Positions 36,691 through 45,625 of a DNA stretch of 64,000 bases are shown here, in pieces. Where the stretch lies: NCBI GenBank assembly GCA_012840125.1, contig DULZ01000044.1:17975-81974 (forward strand), read 5' to 3'. The position numbers and the translations under genes were made by a program. Below the pieces are notes generated by a model. That model worked only from the letters and a program-made list of their open reading frames with translations. It was not told where the DNA came from and did no database searches. Numbering within the stretch: the first letter of the stretch is position 1; each line of letters opens with the position of its first letter. This DNA is from Clostridia bacterium. Its GTDB lineage: Bacteria; Bacillota; DULZ01.

Positions 36691-38025
36691 CTAATTACCT
36701 CCGTCCCATTTACCGCTGTAGATCTGCTTCAACTGTTCGCGGTTTAATCTGTTTTCCTCGTCCGGTACATCCAGGTCAAAAAGGTTCTGCAGGACCTCCG
36801 TGTACAGGTGACCCTGCCGGGTATTGGCATATTCTTTCAAGTTGACAATAGGGCTGTGAATCAGCTGGTTGACAATGGAGTTGGCTAGAGAACACACTAC
36901 CTTTTTCTCTTTATCCGACAGCTTGGGCAGCCGCCTTAAGGCCCTTTCCAGCTCCCTCTCTTTAATGGCATTGGCCTTGTCCCGCAGCGCCACAATCGTC
37001 GGCACTACAAACAAGGTGCCCAGCCATTTGAAGAAAACATCGATCTCTTCCTCGATTAATATTTCCGCTTGTTTGGCGGCTTGCTTGCGCTCTTCTAAAT
37101 TCTGGTCAATGACGTGACGCAAATCGTCGATGTCGTAAAGCTTCGCCATGGACAATGAGCCTACCTCAGGATCAATGTCCCGGGGCACGGCAATATCGAT
37201 GAACAACAAAGGCCGTTCTCTCTGCGCCAGTGCTCCTTCCACGTCTTCCTTACGAAACACATAACCGGGAGCTGCGGTACAGCTAATTAGAATATCCGCC
37301 GTTGCCAGGTAGCTGTTCAATGCTTCCAGTTTGACGGCTCTACCGCCCAGCTTTTCGGCCAGGGCCACCGCCTTGTTATAGGAACGGTTGGTGACAAATA
37401 CCGTGTCCACCCCGTTGGCTACCAGGTAGCTCACGGCCAGCTGGCTCATTTTGCCTGCTCCCATCACTAAAACCGAACGGCCGCGGAGTTCCCCGTAAAA
37501 GGACCGGGCCAGTTCTACTGCCGCATAGCTAATGGAAACGGCATTCTGATCGATTTTGGTTTCGGTGCGCACTTTCTTGCCCACCGAAATGGCTTGTTGA
37601 AACAACGTATTTAATATATTGTTGGTAGCACCTAATTCACAGGCCCGCTCATAGGCCTCCCGCACCTGACCTAAGATCTGGGTTTCCCCCAAGATCATGG
37701 AATCCAACCCCGCCGCCACCCGGAACAGGTGCTTTACGGCATCATACAGGACGTACCGGTACAGGTAATCCATGTTTTCCGCCACATCCAGGGCCCCATA
37801 CTCAGTTAAGAAGGCATAGATGCTGCTGGTACCCACCTCCACATCTGTGGTGGCGATATAAACCTCGGTCCGGTTACAGGTTGACAAAATAGCACAGCCT
37901 TCTACGGCCGGTTTCCCACGCAATTGACGAAGCGCGTCAGCCAATTCCCTGTGGCTGAAAGCAAACTTTTCTCGAATCTCCACCGGGGCTGTCTTGTGGT
38001 TGATGCCAACTACGACGATAAACAT
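36691..38025 (-). CDS. hemA: Glutamyl-tRNA reductase
   Basis: GINHKTAP, LSTCNRTE, GLDSMILGETQILGQ, GAGKM, DIAVPRDI. Confidence 0.98.
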   Translation of the reverse strand: MFIVVVGINHKTAPVEIREKFAFSHRELADALRQLRGKPAVEGCAILSTCNRTEVYIATTDVEVGTSSIYAFLTEYGALDVAENMDYLYRYVLYDAVKHLFRVAAGLDSMILGETQILGQVREAYERACELGATNNILNTLFQQAISVGKKVRTETKIDQNAVSISYAAVELARSFYGELRGRSVLVMGAGKMSQLAVSYLVANGVDTVFVTNRSYNKAVALAEKLGGRAVKLEALNSYLATADILISCTAAPGYVFRKEDVEGALAQRERPLLFIDIAVPRDIDPEVGSLSMAKLYDIDDLRHVIDQNLEERKQAAKQAEILIEEEIDVFFKWLGTLFVVPTIVALRDKANAIKERELERALRRLPKLSDKEKKVVCSLANSIVNQLIHSPIVNLKEYANTRQGHLYTEVLQNLFDLDVPDEENRLNREQLKQIYSGKWDGGN

Positions 38026-38651
38026 TGGTTGATCCGCTCCTCAAGCAGCTGAAACTGATCCTGCCTAATCAGCTCCAACAAATCGGAATAGCTTTCCACC
38101 AGACGGCGAAACATCATTTCCCGCTGCCCTTGACACGGCACACGGGCCAATACCATCTCCCTTGCCCGTCCTAAATATTCTAATAGTATTGCATATTCAT
38201 TTCCATATTGTTGCTCCAATTCCTGCCGGATCTTTTTGGCCAGGGCAGGACTTTTTCCGCCGGTGGAAATACTGATGGTAAGATCCCCGCGACGAACAAC
38301 CGCCGGCACGATAAAGCTGCAGTACTCCGGATCATCTACAACGTTGATAGGGATATTGCGCGCAAAACAATCCATGGCCACCCTCCGGTTCAACTCCCTG
38401 GAATCGGTGGCGCTGATGGCGATAAAAACCTGTTCCAGATCCTCCTCACAGTACTCCCTGCCTGCATAATCAATCCGCCCTGCTTGCGCCAACTGCAAGA
38501 TGGCCTCCGTGGCCTCGGGGCTCACTACCTTTACCAGGGCCCGGCACTCCAGCAAGGACTTAACCTTACGCTCTGCTACCCTTCCCCCGCCCACGACTAG
38601 GCATTTCTTGCCGGTCAGGTTCAGGGATACGGCGTAATAAGGTGTCTCCAT
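38010..38651 (-). CDS. sirC: Precorrin-2 dehydrogenase/sirohydrochlorin ferrochelatase (SirC/CysG-N type)
   Basis: VVGGGRVAERK, NVVDDPEYCSFIVPA, ISTGGKSPALA. Confidence 0.9.
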   Translation of the reverse strand: METPYYAVSLNLTGKKCLVVGGGRVAERKVKSLLECRALVKVVSPEATEAILQLAQAGRIDYAGREYCEEDLEQVFIAISATDSRELNRRVAMDCFARNIPINVVDDPEYCSFIVPAVVRRGDLTISISTGGKSPALAKKIRQELEQQYGNEYAILLEYLGRAREMVLARVPCQGQREMMFRRLVESYSDLLELIRQDQFQLLEERINQCLSS

Positions 38652-38676
38652 GTTGTTGTCCTCCCGTAGGTCTGGC

Positions 38677-38694
38677 TTGTGTAAGATTTCGCTA
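38677..38694. promoter_or_regulatory. Weak Rex-like operator upstream of the heme operon
   Basis: TTGTGTA-AGAT-TTCGCTA, 11/14 matches to TTGTGAA-N4-TTCACAA. Confidence 0.3.
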
Positions 38695-38764
38695 TCATTA
38701 TTTATAATCCTTCCTGACGAAACTTTAACATAATATTAACCTATTTATTGCATCTTGTATACAG

Positions 38765-39967
38765 TTATTTCGACAATGCTTCAGCCCCCGCCTGCCTGGC
38801 CAAGTCGTAGATTTCCTTGAGAGGCCGGGCGTATTTTGCGGCAATGAAGCGGCAGTCCTCATATTCCGGTGCAATATTGTACACCTCTTCTCCCAGGCGG
38901 GCTACTTTAACCCGTACAGTCTCCGGGCCCCAGGCGCCGGTGACGGGTATAGTCTCATAGGGCAGCATGTATTTTTCCACCGGGTAAACCCTGAGACCGA
39001 TGGAAGTGGTTTCCCGCAAGACAACCTGCTGCATGAGCTGCAAGCGTTCCGGCGCACACAAGACTTTCAACATCACTGCCGGCCGGTTTTTTTTCACCTG
39101 CAGGGGCACCAGGGATACATCCATGGCTCCATGTTCATACAGCAGCCGGAACAGGTGATCATAGATTTCCGGGTTCATGTCATCAATGTTCACTTCCAAC
39201 ATGAGGGCCGGTTCTTTAAGGAGCCGGTCTTCGCCCCTGGCCGTGGTTTGACCCGCTTTCACACCGATCACCAGCCGCAGCAAGTTGGGAATGGCCAGTT
39301 CCCAGCCCCCGGCACCGTAACCCACCCGGCAAATCTCCATAGGGGGCAAGCTGCCGTAACCACGGCAGTAAGCAGTAAGAATGGCGGCGCCGGTGGGAGT
39401 CGCCAGCTCTTTGGCAATGTCCCCGCCGTAAACGGGCACCCCTTGCAGCAGTTCCAGGGTGGCCGGGGCCGGTACGGGCAAGACACCGTGGGCGCATTGC
39501 ACCAAACCGGTACCGGTCCTAACCGGGGACGCGTACACCTCCTCAATCCCCAACCGCCACAGGCCGCAGGCGGCCCCGACAATGTCCACAATGGCATCCA
39601 CCGCGCCCACTTCATGAAAATGAATTTTATCCGGCGTGGTGCCGTGGATCCTGGCTTCCGCCCCGGCCAATCTCCGGAAGATGGCGATGCTCTTTTCTTT
39701 CACCGGTTCCGGCAGCCGGCTCTTGAGGATAATGTCCTCAATGTCGGCCAGGTGCCGGTGAGCCTTTTCCTCCCCGGTCACCACGGTCACCTTGGTGCCG
39801 GAGACACCATGCTTCAACACCGTTTCCGCTTTGATTTCATAACCGTCGATGCCCAAAAGGCGCAAATCATCTTTGAGAGTATCTAAAGGTAAGCCGGCAT
39901 CGATTAACGCGCCCAGCACCATATCCCCGCTGATCCCGGCAAAACAATCAAAATAACCTATGTACAT
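38765..39967 (-). CDS. larC: Nickel-pincer cofactor Ni-insertion protein LarC
   Basis: DCFAGISGDM, HFHEVGAVD, TPTGAA, EVNIDD, ETTSIG, PEYEDC. Confidence 0.93.
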   Translation of the reverse strand: MYIGYFDCFAGISGDMVLGALIDAGLPLDTLKDDLRLLGIDGYEIKAETVLKHGVSGTKVTVVTGEEKAHRHLADIEDIILKSRLPEPVKEKSIAIFRRLAGAEARIHGTTPDKIHFHEVGAVDAIVDIVGAACGLWRLGIEEVYASPVRTGTGLVQCAHGVLPVPAPATLELLQGVPVYGGDIAKELATPTGAAILTAYCRGYGSLPPMEICRVGYGAGGWELAIPNLLRLVIGVKAGQTTARGEDRLLKEPALMLEVNIDDMNPEIYDHLFRLLYEHGAMDVSLVPLQVKKNRPAVMLKVLCAPERLQLMQQVVLRETTSIGLRVYPVEKYMLPYETIPVTGAWGPETVRVKVARLGEEVYNIAPEYEDCRFIAAKYARPLKEIYDLARQAGAEALSK

Positions 39968-40086
39968 AACCAGCCTCCCAACTTGTTAATTAAGGACGCC
40001 TGATACCCGGCGCCGGCACCATTATCAATGTTCCCGCTCCGAATATTTTTCCCCAACAGACTCAAACTAGTATAAGCACACCGGTC

Positions 40087-41517
40087 TTGTGGACCGTTGA
40101 GATCGAGGTGGATACATTGTCTGACCAATTCCGGAAATACTGGCCCTATTTGGCTTGGGGCATCCCCGTCATCGGCGGGTATTTCGGCATCAAATACCTG
40201 GCCGAAAAGATGGTAAAAGACAACATCAAAAAAGCCACCCGGCTCATCTTAACGGAGAAATACGATGAAAACATGTGGGAATTGGTATCAGCCACCCGCC
40301 GCTTTACCCCGCAAACCATCGTGGAAAACAGCCTAAGGGCCCAGTCAGGCAAAGCCATCGACCGGCCTTTAGGAACTCCTAAAAAATTCCCGTCTTTCGA
40401 TGACTTGATGTTTAACATGGCCCAACTCCATACCATGCCGACGGCGGATCTGAAGCTCATCGATTTAACCACCGTCATCGGCAAAAAAGCGGCCCGGCCC
40501 TTGCGCCTATCCATGCCGGTCATGGTCTCCGCCATGGCTTACGGCATCGCTTTAAGTGAACCTTTTAAAATCGCCCTCGCCCTGGGGGCGACTATGGCCG
40601 GTACTGCCACCAACACGGGAGAAGGACCCTTCTTACCCAGCGAAAGAAAAGCTGCTCAACAGTTAATTTTACAATATAACCGGGGGAATTGGAACAAAGA
40701 CCCGGAAATTGTACGGCAGGCAGACATGCTGGAACTGCAGTTCGGCCAGGGGGCCACCGGGGGCACCGCCCACACCATCTCCGGCAAGGACATGACCCCT
40801 GCCTTGCGCCGCCGTTTCGGCATCAGCAGCCATCAATCCGTGACGGCCCACGCCCGCATACCCGGTATCAATTCAGCCCAGGATTTAATTCGCACCATCA
40901 AGGAACTGCGAAAAACTACCGACGGCATCCCCATCGGGGTGAAACTGGGGGCCGGCAAGTATTTGGAAAAAGACCTGGACGTGGCCCTGGCCGCCGGTGT
41001 CGATGTCATCTGCCTGGACGGCGCCGAAGCGGCCACCAAAGGTTCCCACCCGATCCTGCAGGATGATTTCGGGGTACCAACTCTTTTTGCCCTCATCAGG
41101 GCCCAGAACTACCTGGAAAGAACGGGAAGGAGAAAAGACGTGGATCTGGTAATCTCCGGGGGCATCCGCACTCCCGGCCACGTCTTAAAAGCCGTTGCCC
41201 TGGGCGCCGATGCCGTGTACATGGGCAGTGCGGCGATCTTCGCCACCAGCGACGTCCAAACCGTGAAGACCATTCCCTCGGAACCCCCTACCCAGATCGC
41301 CTGGGAGACCGGTAAATATGCCCGGAAATTCAACATCGAAGAAGGAGCCCAATCATTATATCGATTCCTCACGGCTACCGCCGACGAAATACGGGCCGGC
41401 CTGCAGGCTTTGGGAAAGAAATCCCTCAAAGAGGTAGGCAAAGAAGATCTCATGGCCCTATCCAAGGAAATCGCCGAAGCCGCCGGCGTACCCACCGTCT
41501 ACCAGCCCTGCCGGTAA
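40087..41517 (+). CDS. FMN-binding glutamate synthase family protein
   Basis: N-terminal TM helix; AMAYG, NTGEG, FGQGA, GVKLG, DGAEAAT, ISGG, LGADAVY. Confidence 0.82.
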   Translation: MWTVEIEVDTLSDQFRKYWPYLAWGIPVIGGYFGIKYLAEKMVKDNIKKATRLILTEKYDENMWELVSATRRFTPQTIVENSLRAQSGKAIDRPLGTPKKFPSFDDLMFNMAQLHTMPTADLKLIDLTTVIGKKAARPLRLSMPVMVSAMAYGIALSEPFKIALALGATMAGTATNTGEGPFLPSERKAAQQLILQYNRGNWNKDPEIVRQADMLELQFGQGATGGTAHTISGKDMTPALRRRFGISSHQSVTAHARIPGINSAQDLIRTIKELRKTTDGIPIGVKLGAGKYLEKDLDVALAAGVDVICLDGAEAATKGSHPILQDDFGVPTLFALIRAQNYLERTGRRKDVDLVISGGIRTPGHVLKAVALGADAVYMGSAAIFATSDVQTVKTIPSEPPTQIAWETGKYARKFNIEEGAQSLYRFLTATADEIRAGLQALGKKSLKEVGKEDLMALSKEIAEAAGVPTVYQPCR

Positions 41518-41562
41518 AAAAGCACAGGGGACATGCAGCCGTCCCCTGTGCTTTACCCGGAA

Positions 41563-41811
41563 TTAGATGCGGGTAATACCGTCAACATTGATGTTCTTAG
41601 AGCCTTTTTCCACGAAAGATTTACAGCAGGTTTCCATGCAGCTGTTGACGGGGGTAGGTGTTACGTTTTTCGCCTGCGTGGCGTCAAATCGCTCAGGCAG
41701 GGAATCTCCCAACCGGTCGGTGGTCACCAGGATCTCGTTGGCTGAACACTTATTTCCCTGGCTCCAATAGTGACAGTTGCTGACGCTGCAGTGAACGTGT
41801 TGTTGCTGCAT
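41563..41811 (-). CDS. DUF1540-like Cys-rich protein
   Basis: HCSVSNCHYW...CSANEILV and ETCCKSF motifs. Confidence 0.78.
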   Translation of the reverse strand: MQQQHVHCSVSNCHYWSQGNKCSANEILVTTDRLGDSLPERFDATQAKNVTPTPVNSCMETCCKSFVEKGSKNINVDGITRI

Positions 41812-41874
41812 TGATTCAACACCTCCTGTACAATAGTTTGAGCCAGGCGCCGGGATTTAGCCCAGCAATTTTTG

Positions 41875-41907
41875 CAAAAAAACAAGGCAGGGGATCGATC
41901 CCTGCCT
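41875..41907 (-). terminator. Terminator after the hybB-like gene
   Basis: AGGCAGGG/CCCTGCCT stem with a T-run on the minus strand. Confidence 0.6.
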
Positions 41908-41920
41908 AGCTGGAAACATT

Positions 41921-43081
41921 TTACGCCGCTTGAGCGTTTTTCCCGGCTTCCTCCGCCCCGGCATGCTCATGCCCGGCAAAAAGGTTGAAATTTTCGGCAA
42001 TAAAAGTGTATACCAGTACCCCCGCGGCAACCAGCATCGCCGTCACGCTGATCTCCATCCAGCTGGGAAAATAGGACCCGCCGGCTGCGCCCGCCATCCC
42101 AATTAGAGCCACGTTGAACCGGTTCAGCATCACGCCGCCCACCACAAGTGCACCAATTGTCGCAAGCCCCTGGCTGTTACGCCGTACAGCGGGAATAGAA
42201 GCCATGATGCCGGGAGCAATCACACCGACGACCATTTCCAGCAGCCACATGTTGCTTTCCAAGGAAGTGGTGAAGACGGTGCCAAGCTGGCCCCGCACGT
42301 ACAAGTCCGTCACTTTCACTAGGAAGTAAATGCCTAAGATGACCGGTAACCCTTTGGCAAAATCAGCCAAGATCGGAGTCTCCGACTTGAGCCCAAAAGC
42401 ACGGGTGGCTAAGCTTGTTTCCACGATAACCATCCCGATCCCCACCGCCAGGGCGCTCAGGAAAAACATGATGGGCAGGATCGGGGTCCACCACAGGGGA
42501 TGGAGTTTAGACGGTACCAGGAGAAACAGGGAGCCCAAGGAAGACTGGTGCAAAGTAGAAAGAATGATACCGGCACCAACCAGCGGAATAGTAATGCGGT
42601 GCAAAACCCTGATCGCCTTTTGCCGGCGGAATCTTTCGAACACCACCGGGCTGAACTCCAGCGCCAGCACCGTTAAATACAGCATGACACACCAGGCAAC
42701 CTCAAACATCACGGACCGGGGCTGCCACATAACGATGGGATGCCAGATGTTGTAGTATTTACCCAAGTCAAAGACCAGTCCCATCGCCACCAGCACATAA
42801 CCGATGAAGCCCGTTAAAATGGCCGGTCTTAAAAGGGGAGCAAATTTCTTCTTATTAAAGATGTAAACCGCTGCCGCCGTAGTAAAGGCGCCGGCAGCCA
42901 GGGCCACTCCACAAATCACGTCGAAAGCAATCCACAATCCCCAGGGATACTGGTCCGTGAGATTGGTTGCCGCCCCTAATCCTTTAAAAAAGCGCACGTA
43001 ACTGGATACTAAACCGAGGAGGACTATGGCGATCAATACTCCCCTGGTAGGTGTCATTTTGAAAGTCCACTTCCGCTTCAT
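41921..43081 (-). CDS. hybB: NrfD/HybB-family quinone-interacting membrane subunit
   Basis: TNLTDQYPWGLWIAFD, DLGKYYNIWHP, SVMFEVAWCV, LSTLHQSSLG, LNRFNV. Confidence 0.85.
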   Translation of the reverse strand: MKRKWTFKMTPTRGVLIAIVLLGLVSSYVRFFKGLGAATNLTDQYPWGLWIAFDVICGVALAAGAFTTAAAVYIFNKKKFAPLLRPAILTGFIGYVLVAMGLVFDLGKYYNIWHPIVMWQPRSVMFEVAWCVMLYLTVLALEFSPVVFERFRRQKAIRVLHRITIPLVGAGIILSTLHQSSLGSLFLLVPSKLHPLWWTPILPIMFFLSALAVGIGMVIVETSLATRAFGLKSETPILADFAKGLPVILGIYFLVKVTDLYVRGQLGTVFTTSLESNMWLLEMVVGVIAPGIMASIPAVRRNSQGLATIGALVVGGVMLNRFNVALIGMAGAAGGSYFPSWMEISVTAMLVAAGVLVYTFIAENFNLFAGHEHAGAEEAGKNAQAA

Positions 43082-43938
43082 TGCTTATCACCCCGATCCT
43101 TAGTCAACTGGTAAGCTGTTCCCAAGACCAGCGCACCCCCCACCACCACGGCGGGAATCTTGGATAGAGCCATCTGGGTGTATTCGGGCAGGGGCCGGGT
43201 TCCCACATTGGACGGGAAGCCCAACTGTTCAAAGGGTACATCTGACAGGAACATGAAAGATGTTCCTCCCACTTCTGCCAGGCCGTAAATATGAGGTACA
43301 TACTTATCAGGTTCGGCTTGCAGGCGAGCTTTTGCTTCCGCCACCAGCTCTTCCCTGGTGCCGAACAAAGTGGCTTTAGTGGGACAAGCGGAGGCACAAG
43401 CCGTTGGTTCCCCTGCTTTAACCTTATCCGCACAGAAAATGCATTTCCGGATCACGGGAAACGGGCTGTCCCATTGGTATTTCGGCACATTAAAAGGACA
43501 AGCCACCATGCAGTACCTGCACCCCATGCACTTGCCCCCGTCGTAAACCACCGGTCCTTCCGGTGTTTTAATCAAAGCCCCCACCAGGCAAGCGGAGACG
43601 CAAGCGGGATCATGGCAGTGGAAACATTGATGCCTGACAAAACGTTTTTCCTTGCTGCCCTTTATATCTACTTCATAAGACTTTACGGCCACCCAGGTCT
43701 CGGCGTCCAATACTTCATTTTGCGTACCGGACAGCCCGTTCTGCTGCTGGCATGCCATGTAGCACATACCGCAGCCGATACACTTGGTAATATCAATTAA
43801 CATGCCTTTGGCCTCCGGGCTTAGCGCAGGTGACGACCCGTGACCGGAGCCAATACCTGCTTGCGCTTTGCCTGCGGGGAACAAGGCTAAAGCGGCAGCG
43901 CCGAGACCGGCCATTTTCAGGAATTTTCTTCTATTCAT
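43078..43938 (-). CDS. hybA: Tat-exported 4x[4Fe-4S] protein, HybA/NrfC-like
   Basis: MNRRKFLK Tat signal; CIGCGMC, CFHCHDPAC, CMGCRYC, CIFC...ACASACP; C-terminal TM anchor. Confidence 0.88.
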   Translation of the reverse strand: MNRRKFLKMAGLGAAALALFPAGKAQAGIGSGHGSSPALSPEAKGMLIDITKCIGCGMCYMACQQQNGLSGTQNEVLDAETWVAVKSYEVDIKGSKEKRFVRHQCFHCHDPACVSACLVGALIKTPEGPVVYDGGKCMGCRYCMVACPFNVPKYQWDSPFPVIRKCIFCADKVKAGEPTACASACPTKATLFGTREELVAEAKARLQAEPDKYVPHIYGLAEVGGTSFMFLSDVPFEQLGFPSNVGTRPLPEYTQMALSKIPAVVVGGALVLGTAYQLTKDRGDKQ

Positions 43939-43985
43939 ACGGTATCAACCTCTACTTTCAAGCTCAGTTTTGCACCAGGCAGAAA

Positions 43986-44035
43986 TTGTGAATAATTTCT
44001 CTTTTATGGCTATATTTAGTGAAATATTTCTCTTT
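43986..44035. promoter_or_regulatory. Tandem Rex-like sites upstream of hybA
   Basis: TTGTGAATAATTTCTCTT and TAGTGAAATATTTCTCTT, 31 bp apart. Confidence 0.45.
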
Positions 44036-44065
44036 CTTCCTGAAAAATTTTTCGCGGGGCTTTTT

Positions 44066-44209
44066 TTACAGCAAACAACACACCATTAACCCCAACATCA
44101 AAGAGATGATTAGCCCGCCGCAGCTCACCAGTAACCAAGCCAGCAGCCCTTTCTTCTCACACCGGCATTCCAACGCGGCCAGCCCCGCCATGATTAAGGC
44201 AATATCCAT
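44066..44209 (-). CDS. Small hydrophobic Cys-rich protein C, 47 aa (not in ORF track)
   Basis: AAAGGGGGG RBS; extended -10 TG-c-TAAACT (44243-44251); MDIALIMAGLAALECRCEKKGLLAWLLVSCGGLIISLMLGLMVCCLL. Confidence 0.5.
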   Translation of the reverse strand: MDIALIMAGLAALECRCEKKGLLAWLLVSCGGLIISLMLGLMVCCLL

Positions 44210-44472
44210 AATTTTAACCCCCCTTTGTATTCTCTTACCTAGAGTTTAGCAAGAAATGATTGCAATGCAGGGGGATTATCCTGTCTTCTCACTGGCGGTT
44301 TTCTTGTCTTTTTCTTTCAAAAAATAATAGACAATGACATTTAATATACTACAGCAATAGTTCTTAGGAATTTTGTTGCATATCTCATGAATTTAATTAT
44401 CTTTTAGCAATCTAACCGGTTATATTGCCCAGGATTTTTATTAGTTTTTCGCAATATTATGGGCAAGAAAAT

Positions 44473-44668
44473 CAGACTGTAGACAAAAGGGTGTTCGGTG
44501 TTAATCCCAGGGCTGGGGAGCGAGGGAGCTCGAGAGAAAACGCCAACCTCTGAGCGCCGAAAGAATCGAATGGGAGGCGTCCGAGAGCCACCGAGGTCAT
44601 CCCCAAATAGGGCTCCTTGCAGCCGGCGATTAACACCGAACGCAAAGGAGCAGTTTGTCAACAAGCTG
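44473..44668. mobile_element. MITE-like element, 196 bp, with IS1182-like ends
   Basis: Terminal IR CAGACTGTAGACAAA / TTTGTCAACAAGCTG (12/15); internal IR GTGTTCGGTGTTAATC / GATTAACACCGAACGC (15/16); partial second copy at 30877; no transposase. Confidence 0.65.
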
Positions 44669-44694
44669 CAAGATAATACCATATTTATTGATGC

Positions 44695-45615
44695 TTAAGG
44701 CAGCATTCCGTCCATTTCCCCGCCTGCCTGGCCGGTCAAGGTGATCACCAGTTGTCCCGGCACACAGACGATGGATTGTCCCGGCCGGCTGATAAACCCG
44801 GTCCTGACACAGGCTTGATCAGGGCAGCCCGCAGCCTGGATGCGGATTTTACCTTCCCGCACCTCCACGGTATAGGTGTGGCCCCGGCCTTGTACCGGAT
44901 ACACCCCGTCCTCCTCCAGGGAAACCTTTAGAATCCTTTCCCCGCCCACTTTGACTTCCGCCATACCAGCGGCAGCGCCTTTCGCGCCTGGCCCAGTGAA
45001 CGGAACAGCAACGCTTAAGACCAGGCAACATGCCAAGAGGCTCACAGCCTTCCAGTCGGGGCGGCAAAAGGAAACGGATCTTCCCTCGAAAAGCTTGATC
45101 AGGGGACGACTCAGGCCTGCTACCAGGGCACCGCAGGGCACGGCTGCCAGGGTGAGCATCGGTAAATACCAGGCCAGGGCCCCATGACTCAAAAGAAAAC
45201 GTGCCGCCAGCAGCTGCCCCCAGTTATGGGCGACGGCACCGGCCATACTGGTCGTCACCAGGTCCCCCTTGTCTTGGCGGAACGCCTGCCAGGCATACAT
45301 GACCAGGATACTGGCCAATCCCCCGGTCAAGCCCAGGTAGAATCCTATGGATAATAATTTGCCTGTCAGGATGCCCCCCAGGACCTGGCGGCACACCACC
45401 AAAACAAAAGCCGGCCTCCAACCCCAGAGCTCCAACGCCAAGAGCGCCGCGGTATTGGCCAGCCCCAGCTTCACACCGGGTAATCCTAACGGGGGCAACA
45501 TCCCCTCCACCGCCTGCAGTATAAGAGCCAGTGCCAGCAGCACCCCCAAACGGGCCACCGGCTGGGCCCCTCTTAACCCGAGGGCGGCAGGTTTGGTTAG
45601 GGACAATTCTTTCAT
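44695..45615 (-). CDS. Fusion of a Gx-transporter (HepS-I-like) domain and a NusG-domain-II-like protein
   Basis: N-terminal PGVKLGLAN, GAVAHNWGQ; extra TM helix; C-terminal GCPDQACVRTGFI...IVCVP. Confidence 0.8.
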   Translation of the reverse strand: MKELSLTKPAALGLRGAQPVARLGVLLALALILQAVEGMLPPLGLPGVKLGLANTAALLALELWGWRPAFVLVVCRQVLGGILTGKLLSIGFYLGLTGGLASILVMYAWQAFRQDKGDLVTTSMAGAVAHNWGQLLAARFLLSHGALAWYLPMLTLAAVPCGALVAGLSRPLIKLFEGRSVSFCRPDWKAVSLLACCLVLSVAVPFTGPGAKGAAAGMAEVKVGGERILKVSLEEDGVYPVQGRGHTYTVEVREGKIRIQAAGCPDQACVRTGFISRPGQSIVCVPGQLVITLTGQAGGEMDGMLP

Positions 45616-45625
45616 AGCAGAACAC

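Noticed and set aside
41921-43938. A complete hydrogenase-2 operon
   Set aside because: No small or large NiFe subunits and no maturation genes are present
44473-44668. 6S RNA, given the ~190-nt rod-like fold
   Set aside because: IS-like terminal repeats and a second partial copy favour a MITE; not formally excluded without Rfam
44695-45615. Transcription factor NusG or heptaprenyl diphosphate synthase
   Set aside because: Domain names are historical; there is no NGN/KOW domain and no prenyltransferase DDxxD motif, and the context is apbE/rnf
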